Positions 32,441 through 45,200 of a DNA stretch of 64,000 nucleotides are shown here, piece after piece (the first letter of the stretch is position 1; the number at the start of each line of letters is the position of its first letter). The DNA lies in NCBI GenBank assembly GCA_013115145.1, contig JAAPAO010000133.1, forward strand, positions 1 through 64,000. The letters are read 5' to 3'. Both the position numbers and the translations under genes were made by a program. The notes beneath the pieces are model-generated. The model was not told where the DNA came from. It made no database searches and saw nothing but the letters and a program-made list of their open reading frames with translations. Source of the stretch: Perkinsus chesapeaki ATCC PRA-425 (Eukaryota > Protista > Perkinsozoa).

Positions 32441-33433
32441 ATGTCCTCAGCACCTAGGAAGAAGGTCCTCTTAAAGGTCATCATTTTGGGTGATAGCGGG
32501 TAGTAGGGGTATAATGTCGGTAATAACAATTGAAGCTATCGCTGTGTTAGAGTCGGTAAGACTTCTCTTATGAACCAATATGTTAATAAGAAGTTCAGCC
32601 CTCAGTATAAGGTGGGCGGCGGCACAAAGGACGATAGGCTAGATAGGATTCGACGGTTTCCTCTAGGCGACCATCGGGGCTGATTTCCTTACAAAGGAGG
32701 TTACCATCGACGATAAGGTGGTGACACTCCAGATCTGGGATACCGCTGGTCAGGAGAGATTCCAGAGTCTCGGTGAGCAGCAACAGCCTTCCCATGCTGC
32801 AGAATAGGCATTGGTGGTGTTCAGGTGTTGCGTTCTATCGCGGTGCTGACTGCTGCTGTTTGGTGTATGATATCACCAATCCTAAAAGCTTTGAGAGTCT
32901 GGACTCCTGGCGGGACGAGTTTCTCATTCAGGTTAGTTGATAGCAAATGGTGAAGTGGGTACCTTCTTGCATCAGGCATCCCCCAGAGACCCCGAGGAGT
33001 TCCCCTTCGTAGTTGTTGGTAACAAGCTGGACATGGAGGCCAAACGAAAGGTTATAATGGTCTAACGATCGCTGCTTTAACGGGAACGGTGATGGACAGG
33101 TCTCGAAGGCTCGAGCGACAACATGGTGCAGGTCGAAGAACAACATTCCTTGTTTTGAAACCAGCGCGAAGGATTCTGTCAATGTGGAGCAGGTGCCGCC
33201 GCCGACGCTCCGCCCGGCTATTGAATCCCATTTTGCTTCGATCAGGCTTTCGTTGAAATCGCTCGACGAGCTCTGCAGAACGAGGCTGCTATGGCCAAGG
33301 AACAGGAGCAAATGTAAGCCTACTGTGGCGGGATGGTGTCGAGGTGTCTTTCAGGTATCTTTCCCAAACGCTCAACCTTAACAATCCTCCATCGGAGAGC
33401 CAAAGCTCTAACGTGCAGCAGTGCGAATGTTAA
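32441..33433 (+). CDS. RAB7: Rab7 small GTPase, 8 exons
   Basis: [14 protein letters not shown]|[39 protein letters not shown]|[22 protein letters not shown]-terminal CEC prenylation motif. Confidence 0.97.
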
Positions 33434-33707
33434 TCGTAGTATATTGTTCTCGTCGTGTTGTATCGCCGTCGTTATCTTACCGTTTCTCCTCAATACGGCT
33501 GACACCCCCTCCGCCTCTATTGCTGCTATTCCTTGTGATGACAATGATGATGATACTAAGACGACGACTACAAAGACTGTGATAACAATGGTGCATATAC
33601 AATAGCCTCCGTCTCGACAAGTGTGGGTTGCATTGTGTTACTAACAACAACACAACAATAAAAAGGGACTGTCCCGAGGCGGAATCAAAGTGTGCAAAAC
33701 AAACTGT

Positions 33708-35792
33708 TTAAAGAACACCGTTGAGCTTGGAGGCTTTAATGAGCTTCCGAGCTGCTTTGATGACACGCTTCTTATATTCCCCAAACACTTCGCTGAACTC
33801 TTCCTCACCCTTAACAGGGGTTGCTGAGAATTTACCATTCTCAATCGCCCAGAACTGGGTGGGATGCAAGGCACCCATGAAAGTCTCCGAATGGGTTACG
33901 GCCACGACGGCACCGTCGAAGGTCTCGAGAGCTTTGGTGAGGGCCTCCTGGCTGATTACGTCCAAGTGATTGGTGGGCTCATCTAGCAGCAACAGATGTG
34001 GCCGGGATGCCACGGCGACAGCTAGATCTAACCGAGCACGCTGGCCACCAGAGAGCTGTCCTACGACGGAGGACAGGGCGAAACGACCAAGCCCGAAGGA
34101 TCCTAGAAAGTTGCAGATCTCCTGGTTGGACAGACTGGCATCCTCTGGCCGCTCGTGCTTGAAGTAGTCGACGGGAGATATCTCGAGGAAATCCTTCATC
34201 TTCTGAAGGTGATGTTGGCTGACCAACGCCACTCGGCAGCGATTCTCCACCCGTCGTCCTCCCGATATCTTATTGGCCACACCGTCGTCCTTGAGAACGC
34301 TCATAAGGGTGCTCTTGCCGGCACCATTCGGGCCCACCAGAATGATCCTCGCTCCCATAGGTATGGTAAAAGTGACATCTCGAACGATGGCCGTATCCTT
34401 GCCGTATCCGATAACACCATTCTTCATAATATAGAGGTCCTTGTCGATCTCGGCTGGCTGGAGGAACTTGAATTTGAAGTTCTCCACCTTGTTGCTGGCA
34501 GCCATGTTTGAGACCTTCGCGTCGAGGTATTCGGGCAGGCGTACGGAATCCTCGGAAAGAGTCTTCAGCGATTGCTTCTTGAACTTCTTGCCATCCTCGC
34601 GATAGTAGTTTAGTCGGTCCATCTTCTTCAGGCGTTCGGCAGCTTGTTTCTGCTTGTTGGGGTCGTCGGAATGCCTGTTGTTCTGGACGAAAGCGGCAGC
34701 CTTGTCCTTCTGCTTTTGCTGGGCTTCAAGAGCGCTGGTAAGCCGCGTTGCTCGGGTTTCTAGCTGCTCTCGAAAAGCGCTGAAGTTGCCGGTGTAGTAG
34801 ACCAGTTTCTTATTAAAGGAATCCACTCGGCAAATATCCGTGCAAACCTCGTCCATGAACTCCGAGTCGTGACTGACGATGACCGTGACCAACTCATCCT
34901 TCTTCTCCATCAACCATTCTGTCAGCCACCACTTGGCGTGCAGATCAAGGTGGTTCGTCGGTTCATCCAGCAGCAGGACGTCTGGCCGCATGCTGATCGC
35001 TCTGGCCAGTTCCACTCGGAGCAGCCAGCCACCAGAGAGATGCTTCACAGGCGCGTCGATAAGCTTCTCGGGAAAGCCCAAACCCTGTAGAACCGCTCGG
35101 GCCCTCTCAGCGGCCTGATCGGCTTGGATGGCATCCAACTGTTCCACAACTTCTGACACCCTCTGAACCTCCTCATCGGTCATGTCGGCGCCCGAGGCCA
35201 ACTTCTCATTAAGATCGTGGTATTCTTTCATCAGCAAAGCCCGTTCGACATCAGCCGCCACAGTGTAATCGAGAGCTGTAAGGGCTTCATGCTCAGGCGG
35301 GGGAGTGAGCTCCTGGGCCACATATGCGTACTTCAAATGCAAAGGCGTTCCGGGGAGAGTAAACGATGCCAGTCGCCTGAGCAGGGTTGTCTTGCCGGCG
35401 CCGTTGACTCCTATAAGACCATAGCAGTGCCCCTTGAGGAATTGGACTTTGGCGTTCTCCAGGAGAGATGTGCTGCCAGTCTTCCCAACATAACATAGCG
35501 TCACATTATCGATGATGACATCACCGCTGTTCTGGACTTGGACCCCTCGCCCACCGTACGACGCTCCGCCCCACTGGCGGCCCTCAGCCAAACACTCCAG
35601 CCATCGCGACGTGAAGTCATCGGCATCCGACAGACTTGCGAGACCAGATGGCAGACCGAACTTGGCGATCTGGGCGAGTTGGGCATCTTGGATTTTAGGG
35701 GCCTCCTTCTTGTCAGGGGATGAGGAAGTGTCGGTATGACCTTCCTTCTTCTTGTGGCCTCGAATGGCTCCTCGCTTCGTTGAACGTACCAT
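33708..35792 (-). CDS. Intronless ABC-F family ATPase (two ABC domains, no TM segments)
   Basis: GVNGAGKTT/LSGGW/LLLDEPTNHLD and GPNGAGKST/LSGGQ/LLLDEPTNHLD joined by a helical linker. Likely ATG at 35792 (MVRSTKRG). Confidence 0.93.
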   Translation of the reverse strand: MVRSTKRGAIRGHKKKEGHTDTSSSPDKKEAPKIQDAQLAQIAKFGLPSGLASLSDADDFTSRWLECLAEGRQWGGASYGGRGVQVQNSGDVIIDNVTLCYVGKTGSTSLLENAKVQFLKGHCYGLIGVNGAGKTTLLRRLASFTLPGTPLHLKYAYVAQELTPPPEHEALTALDYTVAADVERALLMKEYHDLNEKLASGADMTDEEVQRVSEVVEQLDAIQADQAAERARAVLQGLGFPEKLIDAPVKHLSGGWLLRVELARAISMRPDVLLLDEPTNHLDLHAKWWLTEWLMEKKDELVTVIVSHDSEFMDEVCTDICRVDSFNKKLVYYTGNFSAFREQLETRATRLTSALEAQQKQKDKAAAFVQNNRHSDDPNKQKQAAERLKKMDRLNYYREDGKKFKKQSLKTLSEDSVRLPEYLDAKVSNMAASNKVENFKFKFLQPAEIDKDLYIMKNGVIGYGKDTAIVRDVTFTIPMGARIILVGPNGAGKSTLMSVLKDDGVANKISGGRRVENRCRVALVSQHHLQKMKDFLEISPVDYFKHERPEDASLSNQEICNFLGSFGLGRFALSSVVGQLSGGQRARLDLAVAVASRPHLLLLDEPTNHLDVISQEALTKALETFDGAVVAVTHSETFMGALHPTQFWAIENGKFSATPVKGEEEFSEVFGEYKKRVIKAARKLIKASKLNGVL

Positions 35793-35971
35793 CGATAAAG
35801 CAATTACAAATAACTCAGGATAATAAATAGGAATAACCAACAGCAACGATGGTGCTGTAAGAACGGTAATGAGCAGGAGCACACAACGCTGTCCCTTGGT
35901 AATGAGCAAAACGCAATAGCCGAACCGGTGGTACGAAACGGAAGTCATGGTCGCTGTGATGGCTGAGACGC

Positions 35972-38161
35972 TCATCGAGGAGTGAATCTCGAAGGGTTGA
36001 AACTGTTGACTTTGATATGTTGAGGTTTGCCATCTGCTATTATATCAGCCATGGCCTCACCAGATACCAAAGACCACAGTATGCCCCAACAGTTGTGCCC
36101 ACCTATCATATACCTACTTGACCGACATGAAGGCTGATGATGACGACAGACCAACAACACTCACATATTGGGGATGCTCGGTGAAAGACAACCAATAGCC
36201 GGGAGAGCGTCCGGTAGTATTGGCCGCAAGCATGCCTGCTGGACATCGGGAGTTGACTGGGGGTCCACTAGAGACGTCAAAGCTGACAAGGACTGGCAAA
36301 GGCCGCGGTCACCAACGATGAGACACGCTACTGTTCACCTTGTGGCCGGCGCTTACTCGAGTCACCTCGGGCTGTACGTCACAGGGGTTCAATTTTCGCA
36401 GAGTGTCTGGCTCGAGGTGGGGGGATCCGCCCAGGCCGCAGATGTAGATGTCACCGTCCGGGCGAGGATAGACTTCGAGATGGCAGCCATTGTCATCATC
36501 TGAACTGACAGAGCAAGCATGTGGCTACAAAGAGGAGTGGGCATACCAGAAGAGGGCATGGACATCGGGTACACTACTGCTCATCCTAGACTTGTATATT
36601 ATGCTGCTACTTTTGATGCCACTCATTGGCACACTTACCTTGCCCTTCAAGGATGGCCTGAATGATGAAGGCATCATCATCTGAGCGCTTACCAGTGTGC
36701 AGTACCATGTCTCAGCCTCACACAACCATGCCCCCATGGCCAGGACCACCTCAGTCCCGTCCACAACTGTGCCATCGGATAGTAAGACGCCGGTGAGGCC
36801 GCCCTGAGGGGCCACGACTGTCACCGCGGCAAGTGAGATGGCTCGCAGCCGCTCACCTTCCTGTCTTGGGCTACGACCACATCTACGACCTTGACACCAG
36901 TACGGACCTGGAGCATGCCCGAGCTGGTGGCCTCCTGGATGAGGGATTGAGTGAGCTCTAAGGGGGTTATCTGAGGATCACAGTGGATGGCGATCGGTGG
37001 ACCATCGACGAACTCATAACAGAAATGAGCGGGGAATCAAGATACCTGTTGGAGTTCGCGCGACATAGCGCGTGACGTGACAGCTATGTGACGGGATCTT
37101 TGTATCACATTTGATAAAGGGCGAGCCGCCCGAGAGATACGTAGGATTAGTAAGATTATGCTGTTGGATAGGAATGACAGAAAGTCAGCAACTACTCCGG
37201 GAAAAGGGAATGGGTATCACTATTGCCGTGATGAGTGTAAGCAGCAACACGTATTCAGGTCACATCAACAGTGGCTGGATGCTGAGGTTATCGGGAATAA
37301 CCAAGCGGATGTGTCACCACCCGATACTTATATCATTCGGGGACTTTGGCTGATATATGTACATTTAATAATCCTACCTGTGCGGTATCCGAGTCCATCA
37401 GAGTTGAGCTCGTATTACCCCTGTCCAGCCAGGAACACTGAGTGTCTCGGCTCCCACCACCCTCACCACCAGCTCGGCTGCCTCTCCTGTCCCGAATCTG
37501 TGAGATATAGATGTCGACGACCAGCGGGACATTGAATAGCCAATTTCAGACGTTTCTTGAAAACAAAGGCCCGAGGTGGTGAAAGGAGATTTGAGAGGTA
37601 TCATGCTGGTTAAGAACATCCGAATGTACTGGGCATCTCAAAGCAATTAGAAGGATGAGAAATTGGCGTTAGATGTATTCAATGGTATCCGGTACGTAGT
37701 GTGAAGTGCGTATCGAGTCACTTCACTCGATAATCACATTACAGAGATAGGAATCTGTATGGAGCGACGATTTTCATTTTAGGCTAATGACCCCCCCCGG
37801 GGGCAATACTACTTATTTCACTACGACTCCATCCCCACTCAGATACCTGCGTTTGAGCTGTTGGTATCTTCCTGTACGATATAAGTCCATGTTCCTTAGC
37901 ATACTCCTCAATAAGGTCAAAGCCTCTGAAGTGAAGTTGCCTAGTAGGCCCCGAACTCCATCCTCTAGCCAGGAAACCTCCTGAAGGCCCCCTCCTCCTC
38001 CTCCTCTTCTTCCAGTAGCCCACTGCCAACTCACCTGCCTTCCCACTGGCAGAGCACCCAATGGTCTCTCGCTCCAGGATGATACTACTCCTTCCGAGCT
38101 TGCTGAGGTAGTAAGCGGTCGAAGCCGCCATTATGCCGCCACCGACGATAAGGACCGGCAT
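35972..38161 (-). CDS. FAD-dependent oxidoreductase, DAO family (TDA3-like), multi-exon
   Basis: N-terminal VLIVGGGIMAASTAYYL...ERETIGCSASGKAG|GFLARGW (dinucleotide-binding), DGTEVVLAMGAW, C-terminal GHNCWGILWSLVSGEAMADII...FNPSRF. Confidence 0.88.
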
Positions 38162-38279
38162 GGGGAGGGTATGAGAGGACTTGGATTTCCAAACCAGAAT
38201 GATGCTGTTAAAAGACAAGTCGGATGGACGGAGAGAAACTCTATTATTAAAGTGTATACAATGGTTGTTGTCATTATCA

Positions 38280-39440
38280 TCACTGTCGGTTCTGTAGCCT
38301 CCTGTTGAGGTACCGCAGGAGGAGGAACGGCCCGAGGAAGAGCAATAGGTGCACAAAGAAGTCATATCTGAAGGAAGGTAGGGGAGAGAAGGACAACCAT
38401 AGTACTACCCTGAGGACATAGGATAGTCTCCAAAGAGGACTAGAGGACCTAGCATAACAAAGCTGCTGCTCGAGCTACGACCGGCAGAGCTCGGGCCAAT
38501 CGTTGGGGTGTGTGGCGGTGGTGTGTAGCGATACGAGGTAGATGATGGTGCCGAATAGAATAGCAGAGGGTGTCCGATGACCAGTCGAAGGAGTGAGGCG
38601 ACTAGGACCTACGCTTACGAGATGTCACGTGCCGATGGAGCCTTGGCTACCGCGGTCCAGGCCCAGCAAATCCATGTCCAATACCCTGGAGCGATAAATC
38701 TCTCCATGAAGGAGTTTGGTAGGAGCCTGCCGACAGCTGTAGGATATTCACTACAGATGGCAAGTGTGTGCTCATAGGCCTCCTCAGCTCCATGCCCAAC
38801 GTTCCTTAATAGGCCATGGATGCGGCTGCCATTAGGAGACTGAGTCGAAGGCCCACGGGCGTACTGGGCCGAGCATCGATCCAGCTCCATTCGGACATCA
38901 CTCTTTACTGAATCCTAAAAACGCAAGCCTGGCTTGGAAAGAGATCGTAAGCGGTAAGTAGAATAGACAATAGTTTCGCAAAGTAATTCCCTGACGGAAG
39001 GTCTAGACTTCCCTTATTTAGCCGATCGGCACAAGAGCTTCACGCGTGAAATTTACGGCCGGAAGGGATTCATCGGAGAGTTGTGGAACCCAGGTCTTAT
39101 CGACTTCTTGCCGCAAGGTATCCGCTATTGAGGAATTCTCCCTCCCGGTCCCGACTTCCATTTGCCCTCATTATTATTACAGCAATGCCACTCTGTGCCG
39201 TTATCCATACTAGTATGCGATGAGCAGCCAGCCGAGGTGTCCAATCCTCCTTCTGTCTCTCTGCTCGGTTTAATAACCTCACAATCTGCTAGGATCATTT
39301 CATACCGTATTTCACTCCGATCATACCTTCTGTATCTGCGTATTATACGGCCCAGAGCCTCTAGTCCAATGCTGCAAGGCTCTCATTGACTGCAATGCTT
39401 CCCTCTGGCAGGCCTGGGCTACCTCCTCGTTTGTTGACGG
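38280..39440 (-). CDS. Hypothetical multi-exon protein with C-terminal hydrophobic segment
   Basis: Coding-like exons (EEVAQACQREALQSMRALQHW; HGLLRNVGHGAEEAYEHTL) and last exon YDFFVHLLLFLGPFLLLRYLNRRLQNRQ*. Structure uncertain. Confidence 0.4.
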
Positions 39441-40144
39441 ATTCACACCACTAGGCGATAAAGAAGAAGAGGTGCTCATCAGCGGTACATTAGATATCTT
39501 TTCGCACTGCGAAGATTTTAGATACTCCCGCCGCCTACTTCACAACTCAACCCAAAAAGGCGATTATGACACTAATGTCTCGCGGCAAGTTTAGCAGCAG
39601 CTCCTTCCAGCGCCGCCCACGAGTCATTGAAGCAGTGATGCTGAGAGCGATGATGAGTCACAGCCTCACAGTAGAAACCCGCGTAGAGAGGAAGTAAGGA
39701 GGAGAGGCAGCAGACGACTTAGTAGTCTGGAGCAATCAAAGAAAGCATACATATCAAGCAGCCTGATGGACTCAACCACTGCTGCTGCTGCTGCAACCGT
39801 TGGAGAGAGTAGAGTTGGGGTATCTTCTCAACCGTTCATCATCTAGTACAGAGCTAGCACCAGCTAGAGTAATAGGATTACTATGCCGGGGAGGTTAGTA
39901 CAGAGAAAACAGTCATGTGAAAAAGGATAGAGTAGAGAGCAAGGACTACTGGCTGTGAAGCTGTGAAGATGATGATGTTAGCAACAACAATGAGACATCA
40001 CAATCATGCTGCAGCAGCTATCAAATACTACTTCAACAACGCAGAAGGCGTACTGGCGTTCCAACCACACAACCGCCCCACACCACCACCGTCATACGAC
40101 GATGATAAGAGGACTGATTGGTAATAAATGTGGTTAAGAAAAAC

Positions 40145-41759
40145 TTAGGCGGTAGCCTCAGCCTGTTGGGCAGTCTCATCAGCCTGTTCAGCAGCGGCCT
40201 TAGCAGCAGCCTCGCGAGCTTCACGGCGCTTCTCACGGTTCTCATACTCGACCTTCTGGAGATCCTTATACTCCCCGAGCCTCTTGTTGAGATCCTCAAG
40301 GCACTTAGGAATATCAGCCTTGTTCTTGGGGGCATCGACCTTCATATCAGCGAAGAGCTGAAGAGTATCGAGGCCGTGAGTGAAGGCAGCATGACTGCCA
40401 CCCTGCTTGTTGTGCTTGCCCTTCTTCTTCTGGGCAGTGGGGGCGAAGTAGTAGTTCTGAACCCTGTCCTTCTTCTGGACCAGAGCCTTAGTTCCCTCAA
40501 TAGTAGGAACCTCGGCCTTGGCAGCGGTTTCCTCAGCCTTCTCCTCGGGGGCCAAAGACTTGCAGTACTTGATGGCGTTCTCGACCAACTCGATCTCGGC
40601 AAGATAGGGGATTTCCTAAACAACTCAACTTGGACAGGATTCGGCATCAGTCACTAATTTACCTTCTCCTTCTCGAGCTCCTCCTCTTGACGCTTCTTTT
40701 CCTCCTCGGCAAGTCTAGCCTCACGCTCCTCTCTCTCACGAGCGGCGCGCTTCTCCTTCTGCTCGGCGACCCAGGCGGTGTAGGCGGTGATCTTAGCCGA
40801 GCGCTCGTCACGGAGCTCCTTGATCTGGCCGTATTTGGCCCTGATTTCCTTGTTCAACTTCTCACGGGCCTCGAAGATATCGGACATGCCCTCCATGGCC
40901 TTACGACGCCCATCCATGAGCTTCGAGTATTGTTCGTGGAGCTTGCGCCTCTCATCACGGGCATTGTTGAGGTTACTATATAAATGAAATGGTCATTCAG
41001 ATAACCTCTGGAGTATCTTACGTTCTGATATCCTCCAAGTTGGCCTTTAAAGGTCCAACGTTGGTGGTATCATACTCGCCGGAAGCGGTCTTCATGGCGT
41101 CGAACTTCTTGAGCTGAGGCTTGGTCTGCTTAAGCTCGGAGATCTGCTTCATCCTGCACAAGGAAAGTGAAGATACGTTGGAGGTTGAAAGCGTACAATT
41201 CCTTCTCCTTTTTAAGATCCAAGGACTCAGTGTGCATCCTGTACTCGATCTCAGCGATCTTATCGTCGATTTGATCCTCAGTAGAGAAGCCCAACTTCTT
41301 CTGCATGCTGCTCAATTCAGCACGGAGTTGGCGACCCTGAATCAACCGGTTTTGAATCTTTCAGTATCTATAAACCAACCTCAGTCTGCTTGGCATGGAT
41401 GCCATCCTGGGTCTTGCTCCTCTTGGTCTCCAAATCGGAGACAATCTTTTGTTGCTCATCCATCTGCTGCTTCAACAGATCACGCTTGCGAAGGAACTCG
41501 TCCTTGCCCTCGGACTTGCCGTGGATTTGATCGTTAAGCTCATGGACCTAAGATACCATATATTTAAAGATTCTTCAAGGTTAAATAACCTTACCTTAGC
41601 TTGAAGGCCCTTGATTTCCTCACTTAGCTTATCGATCTTCTTCTCATAATAAGCACGATCGACAGGTTGAGGCCTAGTAGAGGCACCCTTATCGGAACCG
41701 GTCTCCTTAGGAGCTTCAGCCTTCTTAGAGGCGGTGGCGGCGTTCTTAGCATTCGACAT
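40145..41759 (-). CDS. Bfr1/PPI1-like coiled-coil protein
   Basis: Long K/E-rich coiled coil with LGFSTEDQIDDKIAEIEYRMHTESLDLKKEKE, ELVENAIKYCKSL and FTHGLDTLQLFADMKVDAP. Confidence 0.7.
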
Positions 41760-41947
41760 GTCGGAAGGGTTGCGAGGCGTGTTGAAGGTGGTGGAAGCCG
41801 AGTAGCACTAACTCAAACGAGAGATTGTACTGATGACACAAGTGTCGTGATATGGGCGTGCGATAAATCAATTCCAGTCCTTATCGATCTCGCTATCATT
41901 ACCATTTCTCGACCCCTCCCTTACAAACACTTCAGCGACTCTTTTTG

Positions 41948-42016
41948 GTCATTTTGGCTGAGCGGTAGAGCGCTAGACTGCCTAGCGATCAGACTCGCGT
42001 TCTATCCCTGGCGACG
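41948..42016 (+). pseudogene. Degenerate tRNA-like element (Ser-like features) in the divergent spacer between Bfr1-like and GYF genes
   Basis: gtcattt tg gctgagcggtagagc g ctagactgcctag...ttctatcc...gac g, followed by T runs. A-box-like D arm, truncated anticodon loop, mutated T loop. Confidence 0.4.
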
Positions 42017-42245
42017 ATATTTTTTGACATTTTTTGACGTTGAAAATTGATCAATGGACACGCTATGGCGCAGTAAGTGGTATTTCAGTTAGCCACAACC
42101 CTTTTGTCGCTGCTAATGGCAACAACGGCGATGATAGATCACACAGACTCACCGAGCTCATCGAGCGAATACTATTACAATCGGAAACAGTTACTTAAGT
42201 AGGGGAGTATCATGCACGCTTCAACCTAGGATACTCCTCCTCAGA

Positions 42246-45200
42246 ATGTACCCGGGCCGTCCTGGTCCTGAGACCCCTAATCCAATAGGGATCAAGATCC
42301 ATCGATTCCCTCCACCAGCGGCCAAACAAAGGTCTCAAGGCGGTCACGATGATATGACCGGAGATATAGGGGGTAATACCGGTAATACCCCAACAAAGAG
42401 AATATATGCGATTAGGTGTTACTCGAGGAGGACCCCATTCTGGAGCAAAGGGAAGAGGCAAAGGTGCTGGTGGTAAGGGAGGTATAGATGCTACTATAGC
42501 TGGAGGGCCAGCTGCTAAAGGGGGCAAGGGGAAAGGCAGGAATCACGTGGAAGGTGGTGCCAGTCATAAAGCTCTTCATCCCTACCCCTATTGAAGGTCG
42601 ACCGTGCATTATACACCTTTATTAGATACTCTGGGCGGAGGCTCTCCTAAAGCTTCGGATCATGACGGCACTGCTAATGCTGGTGATGATGGCTGGCAAG
42701 TAGTAAAGCCTAAACAAGGCAATAGGGATTGGGGTGCTTTAAGAGGAGGTCGACAAGGTGAAGTGGAGCTCACTGGAGATACGGTTACTAATCGCAATCC
42801 ACAGATGATGAAGATGGGAAGCCCCTGCCACCATGGCGGCGGAATGCAGCTGGTCAGCAGCAGCAGCATCACCAAGGAGCAGGCGGCAGACGGGGAGGTA
42901 CTTGAGGTGGCTTCCGCTGTTCCAGAGCTCATTTGCAGAGATGTCACCACCGCACCATTTACACGGTGATCAACTACATGAGCACTATCATAGAGCTGAC
43001 GAGAACAACGACCACGACCATAGCCCTGTGGCCCACAGACCTGCTAGTCTGGTCTCTCCCACCAAAAAGTAAGAAGTTAATTAACAACTAGTATGACGGG
43101 ATGCTATTAGGGTTGCCAATTCTGAGAAGGCGGCAGAGCCAGCAGTGCAGCCAGCACCTGCTACTGCTGAGGCAGGTCCTAGTACCCCAGCATCAGTGGA
43201 CCCTTTCACTATGGCCTTATTAAGAGGTGCATCACCGGAGCCTCGAAGGGAGTCACCTCCGAGCACTTTTGATCATGGAGTAACAGCCTCTTTTGTAGTA
43301 GAATCAAGGGCACCTGTTTAGACTGCTGCCCCTTTGGCCCAGCCCAAGCAGCCACCAGCTGAGAGCAGCAGCAGCAACCTATTTGGTGATAGTATGGGCT
43401 CAGACAGCCTATTTGGTCCACCCTTAGAGCACGAGGGTATCGCTGCCTTTACTGAGGTAAGCCTGTCATCATCGACATCATCAACGAGTAGCTCTGACAT
43501 TACTCCTTGCCTTTAGACTGCTGTCCCTGCGTCGTCTGGGAGCCGCTTCGCCAAGCTTTTTGAGACATTGCATGCTGCAGACGAGCCCCATTCAAAGCAA
43601 TCTGCTCCTTTTCCTCCGCAGCAGCAGCTTCCGACAGCTACTCATCCTCAGCCTGCTTTCCCAGGCAGTGGTGCTTTCCCTTCTTCGGGGCCCTTCGCCG
43701 CAGCAGCAGCACCCTCACCGTTTGCTCCAGCTGTCAGTAGCCCTCAACCCTCTACTACCTCCCTATTCGGTGGTGGCCTGTCCTCCTCTGCTGCCCCTCC
43801 CAGTAGCCTTTTCGGCTCATCTCGTCTCCCACAGCAGCAGCAGGCACCGAAGACGTCCCTGCCAGTAAGGGTCGAAGCACGGCTACTCATCATTAGTGTT
43901 GCGGTTTTTGTTAGGCAACTGGAGGGCCCGCACAGACGGCCACGGCCAGCCAGGCTCAGCTGCAGCAGGCTCTGCTACAGCAGTTGAGGGCAGCTCCACC
44001 AGCTACTACGGCGAAGGTCCAACAGATTCTCGAGAGAGCTTCTAGTAACGCGTCCACTCAAGGAGGAGGTGTCCCTGCTTTATTACACCAACTACAGGCT
44101 CAAGCACAGCAAAAGAGGGAACAGGCTGAACAACAGGTAGTTAGGGAGGAGAGGGAGGGAGGGAGGGGCAGCATCGTGGCTCAGGCGAGAGCTATGGCCG
44201 CGGCAGCAACCCAACAACAGCAACAACAGGCAGCGGCCTTGGCCAAGCTGCAACAGATGCAAGCTCAACAACAACAGATGAAGAAGTTATTACAGGAACA
44301 ACAACAGCATGCCAGACAGCAAGTAGTGTTGTTGTTGGTATTGATGATGTATTATAGTAGTATTATAATAGGGAGGATACGAGGGGGGCACACCACCACC
44401 ATCCACCTCTACAATGGCCGCATTGAACAGGCTACTGTCTGCCAGTAGCCACCAGAGCTCTCAAGCAGCTGGAGGAGGAGGAGCAGGCAGTTCGGCTGCG
44501 GCGGTGGCGGCACCAGTCGGGACACCCTCACCTGGCATTGACGTTAACGCTCTATTCTGGACTTATCTCGATCCCCATGGTCGCAAGCAGGGCCCGTTCT
44601 CCAACGCTCAGATGAAGAGTAAGCTTCCTTCTCGAATTGCTTCAGCTATGTATTGCCTCGTCAGCGTGGCACTCGGCCAACTACTTCGCTGCCGATCTCC
44701 CTCTTGCCTTCTCCACCTCAAGCGCTCCAACACCTGGTAGCAGATTCGCACCACTAAATAGAATCTTTCCGCCAGGCAGCAAGCCTTTCTCTGTAATTGC
44801 CGCCGTCCTGCTTTCTACCCCCTCAACAGCTGCTGTGTTTAGGATGCCCCTCGTCCGGTGGGCACGGCAGCGGCTCCTCCCCGTCCCTCCTCGAGCAGCA
44901 GCAGTCTTGGTTCTACTCCGTCCCCGACTCGCTCCGGTATGATCGCCGCGGCCCTCGAGAAACAGGCATCGAATGCATCCCTGTCATCAAGTGGTGGCCA
45001 TTCGAGATCCCCTCCACCTCCACCGGTCCTCCCTCCAACTCAACCGCCTAATGCTCGTAGAGGTAACCACGAGGCAGCTGGCAGCGCTGGCCGAAGCCGA
45101 GGTGGAAAGGCAAACAGACAGGTGAGGATGATGACGATGCCTTTCGCCGATGCGTAGCTGGTGTCCGGTCAGCAACCACCAGTACTCCCTCCGACGGCCC

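Noticed and set aside
40118-41604. Leu-rich plus-strand ORFs opposite the Bfr1-like gene
   Set aside because: Antisense mirror of K/E-rich codons (aag/gag read as ctt/ctc).
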